From Perna viridis (lineage: Eukaryota): a DNA stretch of 64,000 bases. The notes under the pieces were generated by a model, which was given only the letters and a program-made list of their open reading frames with translations, did no database searches and was not told where the DNA came from. Every line of letters starts with the position of its first letter. Position 1 is the stretch's first letter. Shown piece by piece: positions 1 through 15,200 of the stretch. The stretch lies in contig CM074514.1 in NCBI GenBank assembly GCA_037379345.1, positions 8,618,001 to 8,682,000 on the forward strand. The letters are read 5' to 3'. Made by a program: the position numbers and the translations under genes.

Positions 1-128
1 AGATTTATTGGTAAAAATACCAATCATATTTATTGCAAATTTCGATATGCTGTACACGAGTTTCAAGGAGTAAATATTCAATGTAATTTTTGCTTATTAT
101 CTTTATTTCTTTGTAAAACGATACTAAC

Positions 129-234
129 CAACAGAGACCAAGTAATGGGATATCCCGGATGAGTGCATCGAATGCCCTTCTTCTTCAACATCAATAAAGG
201 AATCCCATGTAACGTAAATATCTGACGAGGATGT
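129..234 (-). CDS. Copy A exon (TSSSDIYVTWDSFIDVEE...SGISHY); B equivalent 60294-60399
   Basis: CAG/GTTAGT; true frame differs from the 96-aa ORF in the track. Confidence 0.85.
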
Positions 235-3200
235 CTGTGACAAAAATGACATCGTTTTAAAATAGAAAATACTTTACGGTTTTTGTTATTAAGACAAGTG
301 TTAGTGCTGATGGGATGCTTTTGAATAGAGTACGACATTGATACGACATTAAACAGATTAAGGCTCAAAGTCTTCTAGAAAGGTCTCATCACTCCAAAGT
401 GTTCATGTTCCCTATCCTACTTTATCATATTTTGATATTTTAAATTAATGACGATTTCATGTCTGGTAAATTCGTGCATTGTGCACTTTTGTGACATCAT
501 TATAATGTATGTTATATGTTATAAGAAATTTAAAATGTACACAGGAACATAATAACAATCTATGACTGGAGCTTCGACATATATTGGAACATTACATTCA
601 CTGTGTCATAAATGAGCATCTAAAATATTAATACTCATATAGACCAAATACCTATCTTTGAACCTTTGTATGGAATCAACTTTTTAATAGAAAAAATGAT
701 ATTTGTGTAATCTTGCGTCAGACTCTGCCTTTGTTTGGTGCCATGGGATTTAATATTAAGCTATTTAATATATTATATTTTCTCTGTTTTTGTTATGTGT
801 TTTAAGTTTCATTATTCGATGTAATGACATCTAATTTATTTATCGCTAGTCCTGCCTGTTTCGGTTAGTATGAATTTTGCTAATAAGCTATTTACCTGAT
901 ATAAAAATTCCTTATTTGTTCCCACCCAAACATTTCCTCCAATTGGAGCTGTAAGGTCTACTACTACACCATCACTGCAGGTCGATACAGCATCTAATAT
1001 TTCTGTCCATTTTTCATGTTGAATTTCCTTTCTTTCAGCATGGACACATACAGCGTATCGTTTTCCATGTATAAGTTCGTGAGAATCATTGAAATGTACA
1101 TTGATATACCTGTGTTCTTAAATTTTAAAGTATAATATTTCGTCAAATCAGATGTTATTGAATTTCACATTTCAGGCGTAAGTTAAATGTAGTAACAATC
1201 TTACAGCTTTATTGGCTTATAGTAAAAATAATTTCGAAGAATTATAGCAAGTAGCAATATTTGGAATAAGGCTTTGAAATGTGAGTGGTTTGTTTTGATA
1301 GTTTCATTAAAATTTGTATATCATTCAGGTCCTTAAATGTGAGGTTTGTTTGTATTTTCACTTTTGTGAAACACCTATCATAATTATATAACATATCCTC
1401 ATTATCAGACATGTCAGTTTTCTAAACCACTCCAATTAACATAAAAAAGTTGTACCTCCATTAACACATTTGGTGATTCGCTTATACCATTATGTTTATA
1501 TGGTCTCGTACAATGCTTATTACATTAATACTTATACAGCCAAAAGAACAAATTTGATGATACTATCAGGAATATTTCTCAATATTGGCTTCATTTGGCT
1601 GTTTCATTTTACCAGAATAATCTAATTTGATAATTTTTCTGGTATCATTTTACTTTTATGACTACATTGATAATAGTTGAACACGCTAGATGATTCCTCT
1701 GGTAGCACTCTATATGTGTAATCTTGATCTGTGATAGTTATGGTAATATTTTACATTTGTGGTCCACAATATGACTCTAATAAAAACAATTTACCTGTAT
1801 GACCACATTTGATGATATCTGGATGAGAGCAAGAATCGGTGATAACAAGATCAGTGTAGTTTCTGTAAAATGTCAAAGCATCATTTGGTCGAACTTCTAA
1901 AACACCCCACTGATATGAATCATGGCGTAAAGATGGCCACACAGCTGATAATACGTTTCTAGTTGGTATATAGTCTACATCTGGTAAATTCCATGGTGTG
2001 TTAGGTTCTAACAAAACATCCTTTAATGATCCTTCTTCTTATTAAAAAAATTATACAATTAAAACTAAGTTTTAAATCAAACAAATCGTTCAATGCCTGG
2101 CATTTGGTTGAGGATTGTTTTATTGGCAATCATATCACATTTCCTACGTTTATATAAATTATCGAATTCATAAAGAAAAATATTCAATGTATTGTTCATT
2201 TTCAATTTTCAACTGGCTTTCACCCAATTTGGCCAATTTTGTTGCTGAATTAGACATATTTCCTTCCTTACAACTATCCTCAAATTGTTTGTGTGTGAGA
2301 TACAGGAAAATGTATGTCATAAAAGAATTCCACGAAAGATATAATTGTCTTCTCCAAAGAATATCTTTAAGTATTTTGTTATGATTTTAATAATATCTTT
2401 GTCATCTCGAATATCCATAAGGATATCTTTAAGTATCGTTTTTATGATTTGAAATGCGCTTTGTACCAACAAATGTGACTTAGAAAAATAAGTGAATAGA
2501 TAATGTCCGGACAGGCTCTTTTTAACTAGTGCATTTGATCAATGGTCAAACACAACCAAACCATCCATCAGCTCAAGGTGGCTTATCTAATTGCATTTTC
2601 CTTTTAGGGTTTTTTTATTTTGTAGTTTTTTTTTTTCCTAAGCCATTTCATCTCATTTCACAATTGTTAATACTGTATACATTTTACTAGAAAAATATAA
2701 ATTCTATTAAATTGTTTCTATTCTTTATCTTACCAAATGTTATACCGCATATAGGTTCATTGACAGAAGTAATATAGCTGACATGAACTTGTCAACACAT
2801 TATAAATGTAAATTAAGCATAAATATTGTACCTACCAGTTCTTCCAATAGCGTCAATTACTGCCCTTGGGATGATCTGGCTATGCTCATCTTTTATGCGA
2901 CATTTCTTTATTTCTGTCTGAACTTCACTCCATACGCTAGCCTTATTGTATCCTCGTAAAGCAATTCTTTTACACTTTGCAAAATCTATATCATCTTCGA
3001 GGATGATGTCAAATTTTACCTAAATACCAAGTTTTGTATTATTTCTTTTTTTGTGGTTGGGTAATTTTTTTTTCAAATGTCAGACATTTCATTTATTTTA
3101 CAGTCGTGTGTTCAATCTTCAATCAAAGCTGGACAGAAATACTATCGAGTGCTTGACACACTCTCTTATCCATTACAATAAAAAAGAAAATACACCGTTG

Positions 3201-6200
3201 ATACAGAAAATGATTTTACAGAAAAGTAAATATTTTGATGACACGGAAATCTAAAATTAGAATAACTCACATGAGTATTATTTATCCTTTGAACTGTTAA
3301 AACCCTTTCCCACTTTTTATAAACACCCGCTTCTCTTGAACCGTCGACAATTGCCCATTCATAAAAGTCGATAGCTTCTTTGGCTTCCGTTCTGTCTTCT
3401 ATATCAGGGTCATACATTTGTTTTGTAAGGACTGTCATCTACAATATAAACTACTAGGACATTGGTTACTTAAAAATAATTAAATCAAACAAAATAAAAC
3501 AAGATACAAAGGTAGATTTGATACGTAAAAGCCGGGTGCTTTAGTGTTAACATAGTTAAAGTGGAATCAGTTCGACCCATGGAAACACTTTCGTCAGGCA
3601 ATCTCTTGATCAATCGTAAGATAAAATAAAAAAAACAACAAATTTGCCTATAACACAAAAGATAATTTTTGTATACGTAGCACAATACTCATTAATTAAA
3701 TTCAGAATACACAAATAGTTCAAACTATCGATAGTGTTTATTATTGTGCGCTTTTTGGAGTTAAAATGGTATATAATACAGAACATACTCCTGAACAATA
3801 TCAAACCACTGTTTCTGTTGAATTGCCAAGTTGTTATATTGATCAGTTTTACCTTCGACTTATCTAGTTGAACTTCGATATAGCCTGTAACTGGGGCAGT
3901 AGGTACTACTGTAACACCATCACTTCTCAATGGAGGAAAGCAAAGATTGTCAGCACATAATTTTATATTAAACCTGTAAGTTCTTCCCGGCTGAAGATCT
4001 AAATTCCCCAGTACTGCTACTTGATGACTTCCAATGTATCCATACTCAATAAAAGTACTCCAGTAGTCTGTGTAAAACAATTTAGGGTATGCATGTTTAT
4101 ATGAACATAGTGTGGGTCATATTATTTCAAGCCAGTTTCAAATTTTCATGTTAATTTTGGTCTGTGTATTAGCAATAAGTCAATAGGTATAAAATGTATG
4201 GTAAATGTATGAGCTATAATGAAACGTCTATTAATACTGCTAAAGAAATTGCTTTACATAAACAAGTTAATTTAAATATAGGGCGCACTATTTTGCAAAT
4301 GTACAACATGTATGAAAGTATGCCATATATTTATTCAATTCAACCATAAACATTGCGTGCATGCATATAGTGTTATTTCCCTAACCTCCAACGGGTGATC
4401 GTATATCTACAGATATCCAGGAACTTCTGATAACATCGTGTAAAGCTGTTGGAATATCCCATTTAGCAAACAACGTAGTCGTTGAGGTTTGGTAATCAAT
4501 ATCTTGTAGACAGTCCTTCAAAATATCCTACAACCAAATTGTCACAATACACATAATATTTAAAACTTTATTACAGTTATTAAAGCATCAAAGCTTTATT
4601 GATTGCTCATTGGTGTAAGCATTGCTGTGTGCAAACCAAACGGGTGCAAACACCAAATCGTGTATCATGAACTTCTGAAGCAGTAATCTTTGTCGGCTTG
4701 AAAGTTAATTAATAAGTCTTAAAATTTGATTATTATACTTACATTTGTATGATGACTTTCATTTAGACTTGTTTCATCTACAATGAAATGACGGGAGATG
4801 TTACCAGTTAAACTAACATTATTCATGGACATTTTTAAATTCATATTGGTATATTGTTTGTATATATTAGTGTGTGTGTGTTTTCGGAGTGGAATACCGT
4901 TACTGTAATTATGTATAATCTATAGTAATTATAAATTTATCTTAATACTATTGACATTAAAATTATAGATAAATCTCGAACCAGAATGGCTGGTTAAATT
5001 TTATTGCACAGAAGTTTAACTGATAAGGTCTCATGGAGCTTTCTAATGGGAATATTAAAAGATGAGTTAATCAATGACTTCTGACATAAAGTTATCTGAT
5101 TAATGTCAATCTGTAAACTATTTATCTCTTGTTCTATACTTTGATACTAAGCATTTTTCAGATTCAACGAGTCGATGCAAACAAAAAAAAACAATATAAT
5201 TTGATGATTTATTAAATAATCAGCAAATTCAAATCAAGAAACAACTTCATCATCTTCCGTACAATGTAAACATAACATGTTTCTACGTACAAGTGCAAAC
5301 GGGACCGTCGTGTATTGAGATTCCTGATAGTTTAGTTCCGGTGTCAACAACCATTACTCCATCAGAATATGACTCAACCGTACCAGCTGAAGTAACGGCT
5401 TTCACAGTGAAATAATATTTCTGAAACATTGTTTTAAATGAATATTAAACAGAACTCTGTTCAGATCACATCTTACAGTTACACGCAGTTCTTGATACCA
5501 TTTTTGAGTTTACACTTATCTTAGTTTGTATGAAATGCATTTAGAATTCAAGTAGAATGAGGTATATCCTACATACGGTCTATAATGAACAAATATATGT
5601 AACACATACAGACATTTATTTTGAAATATTGATGGATCAACTTCTCAGATCTCCCTTTTATTTAAATTTTAGAGCTGTGATCGTTGTTTGTCAAAATGCA
5701 AAGGGAATTGAGACAATAATAAGAAAGAGGTTTTATTGTTATATATTGCATCAAATAAACTCATTCTACATTATCTCCGTATATTGTGTGTATAATCTAT
5801 GAAATATGTTCTGCAAAACTGTTGTATGGTTTGAAATTTAATTTACACCATACATCAGCACAATTCTCGTCCCGTTCAGGATTCCAATTCCCATTCTTAA
5901 ACTCAAATATACTATAGAATAAGTAGATTATGTAACATCCAATAGTATCCTGTGTCAGATACTTTCCACCGAAAAATAATACCAAATTTAATCCGGGGAT
6001 ATTTTATAGTTAAATGTTTTCCATGACTATTAAATTGTTTAAATACCCAACCTTATGATAATAGGATTTAACACACACATGTCTGAAAGGGTTTTCTTTA
6101 GAGATACTATAACATTTTTTAAAAAAATGTCGGGCTTGGTTTTCTGTTGGGTAAACATAGTTCACAGTGTTGTAAGTGTTAATGATTTGGAAAGTTTTTT

Positions 6201-9200
6201 GATATGACATATTATCCAGGAAGATTTTAAATATTAATTTTCATCAAGGATGTTTTTCGATATTAATAAGTATCCTGGATGATGTTTCATGGGATATTTA
6301 CAAATAGTTTTTCATTTAGGATACTATTTACTTGATATTATCCATTTTATCATGAGTATGAGCTCTTCATATGTGTATTTTATTCAGGATTTTATTTAAT
6401 ACTGTAGTATGAAATAATATCCTGTCTTCAATTGGGAATACCTCTAGCTTTTTCATAACAAAATATAGTAATTAAAATATCATTGTTCAAGTAGTGGAAA
6501 CAATTTGATAGGTGTGGAAACTTTTTCATAGCGAAATAATATCCTTCGGAAAAACAATTAATGTGAAAGAATTTCTACAGGATAAGATTTCATCCAGATA
6601 GTATTATGTCTTACAATTATATCTATTCAAGAACTATTCATGTAAAGATACCTGAAAGGAGACGAGTTGCAGGTTTGTAAATATAATTCGATTGATAGAA
6701 TCATCAATGTTGTCTCTTTTGGCGAAATCACAGTCTCCACTTGTTGTTCCTAAACAGACTATGTACATAACAGGTAGATGAGGATGACGAAAACCTGTCC
6801 ATTGCACAGCCAAGGTATTAGATTCTTCCGAAAAATCGACATCTATTACATCCTGTAAGATAAATCCAATGTTCTAACTGGGTTATGCATCTGATCAGAT
6901 GTATTTACCTACTGCATGAACATTTATACATTTCATTTTATGTTCGATCAGTAAAATGAAGTAAACTTACAGAAGAAATAGAAAGAGTAATAATCAAAGC
7001 AAATAAGATGCGACCTAAAAAAATAAATAGATACACATGCCAAAGAACACGAAATGAATTGAATAATACGTCCAAAGAAACACAAGTAAATAAGGTACCC
7101 GGACAACTAGAGGCTCTTTAGGGCCTAAATCGCTCACCTTGCTCGATAAGCAACATTCATTTTTTGTAAAATCGGCCATATTTTTTCTTCAATAAAATTT
7201 CCGAACGCTCATACCTAAGAAACAATCATATCAGTTTTCATTAAATTCTGTCCACTAAGGAGGAGCACATCTTTAAAGTAATTAAATTAAAAATCGCAAA
7301 AATATGTCGAAGTAGGGCAATATTTTTAACGTTTGCTCAACAGATCTACATGAAAATATGACCACAGATAGATATCACCATGCAAAACATTTATTTTTGT
7401 CAGAATTTGGCTAAACTTAACAATTTTGGAAAAATACGTGAAAAACTCCTATCTTAGATCAATATTCTTTTTTTTTTAGTAACGGCTGTCATGTTTTTCG
7501 ACAGCTGAAAAATACCCACATCTTTTCTTATCTAGAAACATCAATCGAAACGCTAATAGGAAGTCATGTCAAGGGTAAACGAAAGAAGAAAGGAAAATAT
7601 GACAGGGTGAACAAACAAGTTCTCATTTTGGAAGATTGATACACCATAGTTCATGATAAATATTATAAAACTTCTGAAGTGATAACTTCACAGATGAAGC
7701 AGCATACTCCTCTTTCCTGAAGCCTTGTTGTTTGAAGTCTAGCACGGTACAAAGGGTCCACGTAGCGTCGGTAAGCTCTGGCATAACGTATGGTATGTGA
7801 TATGAAAACTCCATACACAGGTGCTAAGGGATGTTGCCACAGATGAAAGGGAAATTGACAATACTGTATGAAAAGTTATCACATTTGTTACATTTATGGT
7901 TCAGTACAGTGAAACATACCTTAACATTTTTGTTGTTGACATCGTTTGGATTAATATCATAAACAACACCCACTGAAGGCACCTGGACATCATGTATATA
8001 ACCCTCAGATATCTTTGACGTGCTTAACCCTGCTAGGTTTGTTACTTTAATTGTCACATAATACATGTCATGAGCGTGTAACTTAGAATCTAACACAGAT
8101 AGATCGATAGCTGTACATTCTGGTGGAAGTGTAGGCGTACATTTAGAGTTATAATTCAATGGTTGGTATCCTGCAACTTCTGTGCGGTCTTTAGTTTGTC
8201 CTTAAGTTAGATATAATTAGATAATTTATTTCATTGATCCATGATTAATAGAAAAAAATATGTACATTAAAATCTAAGCAAATCTGAAAAAAATAAAAAT
8301 AGACCAATGCGGCAAACAGGATAGAATAAAATTACGTAAAACTTAAGTAAAGATAAACAATACTTCACACATCTAGAGTTGGCTTTTAAATAGCCCCTGG
8401 AACTGCTAATATACCATTTTAGTGAATAAGGCAACACACTATACTTTAATGGGCATGGGATCCGGATTTGGGATTTGAGCCAAAGATTCTGCGGGTATAA
8501 TTTACAGTAATGTGTCCAAATCTTCCACTTAAACTCGGGCAAATATAATAGCTTCATTATCTTGTTACAGTTTACTCAAATTTAACACATTATACAGAAT
8601 GGGTATTGTTTTTCCTGACAATGTACTTTTGATCCGAGTAGCAATTAAAAAAAGCTTAGTAATATTTACCGATTGCAAATTTAAAATTGAGGAGATAATG
8701 GTCCTCGGTGTCTTGAAAGGCTCCTTTTGGCCAATTTGCAATAAGTATTCCGTCCTCGTATTTGACATCTATTGTTGATCCATGATATGTTGGAGGTGTC
8801 ACATCTATTATAATCGGTCCAGTGCTCTATAACATATGGACGATTACCGTAATCTGAATACAAATTGTTTGTAATTCCTTATCCATTTTATTTTGTAATA
8901 ATTAATATGTTTCCGGCCTAAAAATGTTATACAGTTGCATTACAATAGGTTAAAAACATATACAGGAGTTCATCGAATGTACTGAACATAGCTTCTTAAA
9001 ATATTATCAGTTGTAGATCTCACATTAATCCCTGAAAGACACAGAAATATCCATAGAATGTTTGGCACAATTGTTAATTATACTTTAAATCATTTATTTT
9101 GTACCTGATATCCGGACACTCCACTTTTACTGATGCTTTTTATGACAATATAAAACAAAGTTCCCTCTGCTAGGTCTGGATTATCTACCCTGATGTGACG

Positions 9201-12200
9201 ATGATGTTTGGTTGACCTGAACGGCAAAATATCAGGGGCAGGGCTATGTCTGGTGGATGCAAATCCTATTTCATAGTCAAACACAATTCTCTCCTCATCT
9301 ACTGAGTCCCACGTAATAACCATCTACAGACGATTTCAATGCAGTTCATAGTTGTTACAGTAACATTTATCAAACATGTTCAAATAAGTCATATTACTGG
9401 TGGTAATAAAAACTACCAAATAGTTGTAGTTAAAAAAACAGGTTTTGTAAGAAAACTAATATAAAATATTTATACCTCGTATTTCTTTTATGACCATTAT
9501 ATCAATACTTAGGTAAAATTAATATCGTTAAGTTCAACTTAAATATTACTTGTAACTACATTTATTTATTTTTAAACGTACTAATGATATTAGACTTGTT
9601 TCGGTGAATTAGAAAATCAGTCTGACTACATGTAATATAATATTGTCTAAATTTATTTTTTAAAAGAAGTTAGCATAGCCTTGTGTCTTTGTAAATCCAT
9701 ATAACTATTAAAGGTATGATACATACTTGAGATGTTTGGGGAATAATCTGTAACAGGTTAGAAAGGGATGTCTGAAGCTGGTTACATGTCACTAAAAATG
9801 ACCGAGTTTCTGGAATCAGTTTAATATCATCTACTATCAAAGGACTGGCGCTACAAAAAAGTAGCAGTTACTTACAATACAGTTTTAATCTCAATTAATT
9901 CAGAAGGCCGAACACTTCAACAATATGTTTAAAAAACCATACAACAAATTTACCTAATATTTTATTAAAATATAACCTTTTAAAACCAGGACAAAAAGTC
10001 GATCGTACTGTATTTACCTGCAGCCTGAAGAATGATTATATGGTGCTCGTGTCATGTTCTCCGCCAAAACCCACACTTGACCATCCATGTCTTCAATGAG
10101 TTGCGGAGCCGTCCTTGCTCCCTCAACAACGACATTTTTTACAGATGGTGTAATTGTTACTATGGTGACACCATTTGAACATACAGCATGCGAAGCATCA
10201 TTTGCTCTGTTCATAGCCACAACAGTAATAATGTATGTACCCTCTACAGTGGCTGTGTGGCTGACGGACGTCAGAGTGGTTTCTTTTATCTATAATATAA
10301 TTATGTTGAACAGATAAAAAATGTGTGTGACAAGTGTTAAAATACATATATATGTTTTATTTTCAAGTAAATATATTTTTATCGGGTAAAGATACTGACA
10401 TTATCAACAACGTGAATCAATGACATAAAATAACAACAGTAAAATAAAAAATCAAGGTAAATACCGCTATCTTTATACATATGGTAAAACTGAGAGTAGA
10501 AACATGACTGTAGATTTTTCTTAAATAACAATAAATAGAGTCAACAACCCTCGAAATCACTGTTTTTACTGCATGTGCGTTTTGCAGGTTTTTTTATCAA
10601 ATAAACGTGAGACCTCAATTATTAAGAAAACAGGCAAAACATTGGTCATCGATGTTCTAAACCATTTCATCTATGCCTGAGATAAAATAATTTATATACC
10701 TGATCACTTGTTAAAACATCCTGTATGTTTTGACAATGATCTGTCACTATGTATTTGTAATATTTTACTCCACTCTCTGGGTCAAAGAACCCGTCCCAGT
10801 GAAAGTTCAATGTTAAATCCTGCTGATAGTCGACTTCTGGACCTCCTGTTACACCATCATGCACACTGCCTGGTTGTGGTGGACTAGTATCAATAGTTAT
10901 CTGTAACAAAATGGTTTATATTCCAAATAAATTGACTAAAGTTTGGTGATTTTTAATCTCCAGTACGATTATATACTTTTAATTGAAATTTCTTTTCTTT
11001 TGCACCTTCACAATTTCCTTGAAAAACTTGAAATTGAAGTTAGTTAATGTCAAAATAACTTGTAGACGGCAAAAGTTAGCCTTGGGTTATTGCGAGAGAA
11101 ACAAAAAGTATTGAATACAGATAAAGCATTCCTTAAAAGATTTCCGAACATTAAATTATATTTAAATGAGTCTATATCGAACTTGTCTTTACGGAGTTAG
11201 TACATATGTATACACTATATATTTATAAACACTGGATGTCAATGGCTTTTATATTACTTTTCAGAGCTTAGCTATGCTCTCAGTTGGATTTTGACAAAGG
11301 GAGCTTAAGGAAATCAACTATTTACCTTTCGAGTAAGTATCGAAGTCAACATTGCCTGGTTAATAACTGTGATCTCTATAAAATAATCTGATTCGTGCAG
11401 GCCCTTGTCTTTCCCTGGATAAAGACCAGCTCCGAGTACTATTTCCGGTTTAATATGAAAATGCCGATGGAAACATCCATGGTATAATGTACAGTAACAA
11501 TCAGGACCACGAGGATCAGTCTCGTAGAGATCTTCACACAAAGTAATATTCTTGAAAAAAATGTAGCATTTTTTTCTCATCAGTATGAAATAAAAGTCAC
11601 AATAAAACTGATGTTTTGGATGAAATCTACCTTTTAAAAAGTTTTTACAAAGAGACGAAATTAGGAATATTCGGAATTTGTTTAATCTGAGAATCAATGA
11701 GATTGATCTAAGATACAGTCTGTCCCAATGTGAATAGTGAATAAATGCATTTTCCCTTACGAAAAATATTCTAAATCTATGTAGGAACGATGTAATCATA
11801 TCATCTTAGAGTCATGAAAATAATACATTTTATAGATATTCATTTCTTCAATTTTCACCCGATAAAATGTAGTCACGAATATTCCATCTGTCATAACTGT
11901 TGCACTTCACAAATATGAGTTTTCAGACGTATGTGAATTTCAGTTGGAAATACATACTTCTGCATTGCCCTGAGCGAGGATATGGGAACTTCCATGCAGA
12001 ATTTCACCTCCTGTAAAATTATCGTATAATTTCCAATGAACACTGTGGAGACCGCTGTGGTAATCAAAAGCATTCCATTCAAACCTGTCGGTCCAAAAAT
12101 TAAAAATCAAAAACGTCAAATTCAGCTCCAAGAAGATTATTTTTCTAAGATTAATCTTTAACTTTGCGTCAAGATATTGAAAATCCTTTCAATCCGGTGC

Positions 12201-15200
12201 TAATTTAACAGTATTCTGTTTAAAAATAACTGATCTCTGTGTTCTAGAATCATGATAATAAAACCCCAAAGACATGAACTAAACTACTAATACTAATTGA
12301 TTGAATATTTTTCAGGAATATATAAAACTTAAAATTGCTCACGTCATTTCTGTAAAGTCCTCCAAACGGTGTACAAATAATTCTGTTTTATTCCCATATG
12401 ACAACCATAAGTTTTCTATAATTGGATAGGTTACATCCCGATATACTGTAATATAATCTTCAATATATTCTCCAATTATGTCTGTTGCTTTAACGAAGAT
12501 GTCTAGTTTCTCGCCATCTTCCCAAACGACGTTAAGCACTTCCGTTTCCTGTAAAATATCTATCACGTTGGTGTAGGCTTTGTACGACTTGACATCTTCA
12601 CCGGATACTGTATAGTTAACGTCGAATTTAACAACTCCTACAACCAAAGCATATTTAAAACGCTATATTATCGTGTTCGATACACGTGGACTTCACTTCA
12701 AATTATATAACACGTTAACGTTTTTAGTGTTGCGTCTTGACGATATGCAAAACATACATTGTGTTGTATTCCAAAATCATTCAAGAGAAATTGGTGCACC
12801 TTGTCCATGCTCCCAATTTTTAGTGGAGTCCGAGTTGCTCATTTGCTTTTGTTACTTTGTATGTATGATTTTAGTTACTTTATGTTCTTTGTTGTGTATG
12901 TCTGTTTTCCATGTCTGGTCTTTGTCCCTGGATTACATTCTTTTGATTACAGTTATAACCTTGGTTCCCTTGATTACTCTTACATATCTTTTAGGAGATT
13001 TTCAAAAACCGCATTATTGTAAAGGTTTTACCACTTATAAGAGAAGTAATAATTTGTACAAAACATATGTCACGACATATATAAAACAAAATGACAATAT
13101 TTTTCTAATTCAATGCGTGTTTCCTATATCTTTTAGGTTTTAAATTAAGGACGCTTCAGCCAAAGTTAAGTGTAAATATTGGCGAACTGATACCTTTGAC
13201 ATTAGTAAACAAATTAACAGTCCTTCGTTCAAAGAAGTCGTCATATAAGTTGTCTACGTGACTGTTGTTTTCCACTGGAAATAGCCATTTATTCAAATCA
13301 TGTCTTTCATTCATAAATCTTCCAGGCCACGTGACATGAAGCGGAGTTGTTTCTGAGACTACCCATGTCCGGTTGGTATCCATGGTGCTCTCCTTGACTA
13401 TCGTTCTGGTTCCCTCTATTTTTTCTACTACTGACTGGTCATCAAAGAACAATAAGGATCTCGTTGACTTATAGTTACCAGCCTTATCAAAAGCTGTTAG
13501 GATAATAGAGTACATGCCTGGCTGTGTTACATTAAATTCACCCTTAAGAAGAAAAAAAATAATATGGTATTATTATCAGGAACATGGCAATATATTACTT
13601 GCGTACGGGGAAGAGTTGTGGCAGGAAAGCTTGTGCGTGCACGGTTCACCGTGTATATATACATCGTTATCAGAGGGAGTTTTCAAATTATCGAAATGAC
13701 AATGCGTAGTTTCAATACAAAGCGTGTTCATCGCTAGAAACTAAGAATACAAATGAAGATGCGTCACAATACAACAAAAGTAACAGATAAGAATATTTGT
13801 GACCGCTGTGAACATGTTCTTTTGTGAATATGGTATAAGACAGTGATAGAGTTCTCTTTTTTTTTTCTTTACTTTTACGTTTTACAATATCCATACCTCC
13901 TTAAGATTTGTCTTGTTGGAATGAAACAACTTGTTTTCTTCTCTAAGAAATTGTCCATAATCAGCTAGGCGGTAAATTTCATACTCATAAAAATCAACTC
14001 CAGCTAAATCATCTGACCACGATTTCCATGTAAACATTATCAATTTCTGGAGAAATTAAAAATTCCATTTTGAATCAAAATCCACTTGAAACATATGTTC
14101 ATGTATCTTGAATGCTAAAGACAAAATCCAAAACTACATCTCCAGTATCACTATCAAGTATTCTTTAATAAACTCGTTCCAAATTTAATCGTCAGAGTAT
14201 ATAATAAGACAATAACATAAAGCAAAGCACGGGACATAAAGTTGATGAGACGGACAACAGTTTTAAGTAACATTAAAATAGCAACTTCAATAAAAGTAGG
14301 ATGACTTCGGGAGTTTTGGATTGATACGTCCTTTTGCTAATTCTCAATGCTTTTCAATCAGCGCATGGAAAAAGCAAACATATACCCGACTAAACAACAT
14401 TTTTCATCTTAGGATTGATATATTGTACACTAGACTCTCGAACTTTACTGAAAATTCAAGTATTTTTAAATTTGATTAACATGATAACTAAATGTTAATG
14501 ATAAATGGCTTTAGTAAATTTAAAATCACCTGATCAGTGACATCCGTTACATCTATTGGTGAGTCGGAACATCTTCTGCCTAAGTTCTGTAGACAGGTAT
14601 AATAAGGAGTTATATAATCCCATTGAACAGTGTAACTCCTTGTTGTTGTAATACCCGTGAGTGATGTTCTGACTGTTGATGTCAAAGAGTTTTCTCTGTT
14701 CAGATATCTTAAGTAACCTCCATTGCGGACTTGTATTGTGAAAATAAGCCTTCAAAATTAAAACAAAATGATTATAGAGCATAATATGAAATTATCAAAA
14801 AGTACAAGACGAATCAAGAAGTACAATTTTTTTTCCTACTTACTTGTCTCTATGGCCAAATGTGGGTAGAGATATTGCACTATTGTTAGTGTTTGTTCTT
14901 GAACATACATAACTTGTTGTAATAGGGTAATCTTCAGTGGCAGGACAACTAAATGTGCTAAAACTGCTGGATGATCCTGTAATTATAAAAACATGTAATG
15001 TGGTGTCAACTTAAACTTTAGCACGGGCTATAAATAGAGCGTCTCTCAACTTATTGTGTGTTATTACGCTACATATTGTAGACGGAATTCGGATTTTACC
15101 ATGATAGTTTTATTTTCAAAAATATTCAAATTAGATATTCTAAAACAAAATTAATTCGACAAATAGACGATGATCCTTGCAAAGAGTAATCAAAGAAAAC

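Larger units (their letters stand above)
1..4180 (+). repeat. Segmental/tandem duplication, copy 1
   Basis: Near-identical to 60166-64000, introns included. Confidence 0.97.

Noticed and set aside
78-368. 96-aa ORF (and its twin at 60243-60533)
   Set aside because: Wrong frame; the real exon is 129-234 in another frame
1613-1728. Extra exon
   Set aside because: In-frame TAG before the donor; flanking exons already join in phase
4778-5180. Apparent decayed long exon suggesting copy A is a pseudogene
   Set aside because: A 35-nt mini-exon (4743-4777) with good splice sites resolves the phase
12673-13143. Hydrophobic Cys-rich ORFs (also 17128-17373, 26038-26327) that look like small membrane proteins
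   Set aside because: Translations of the T-rich PLE 3' UTR
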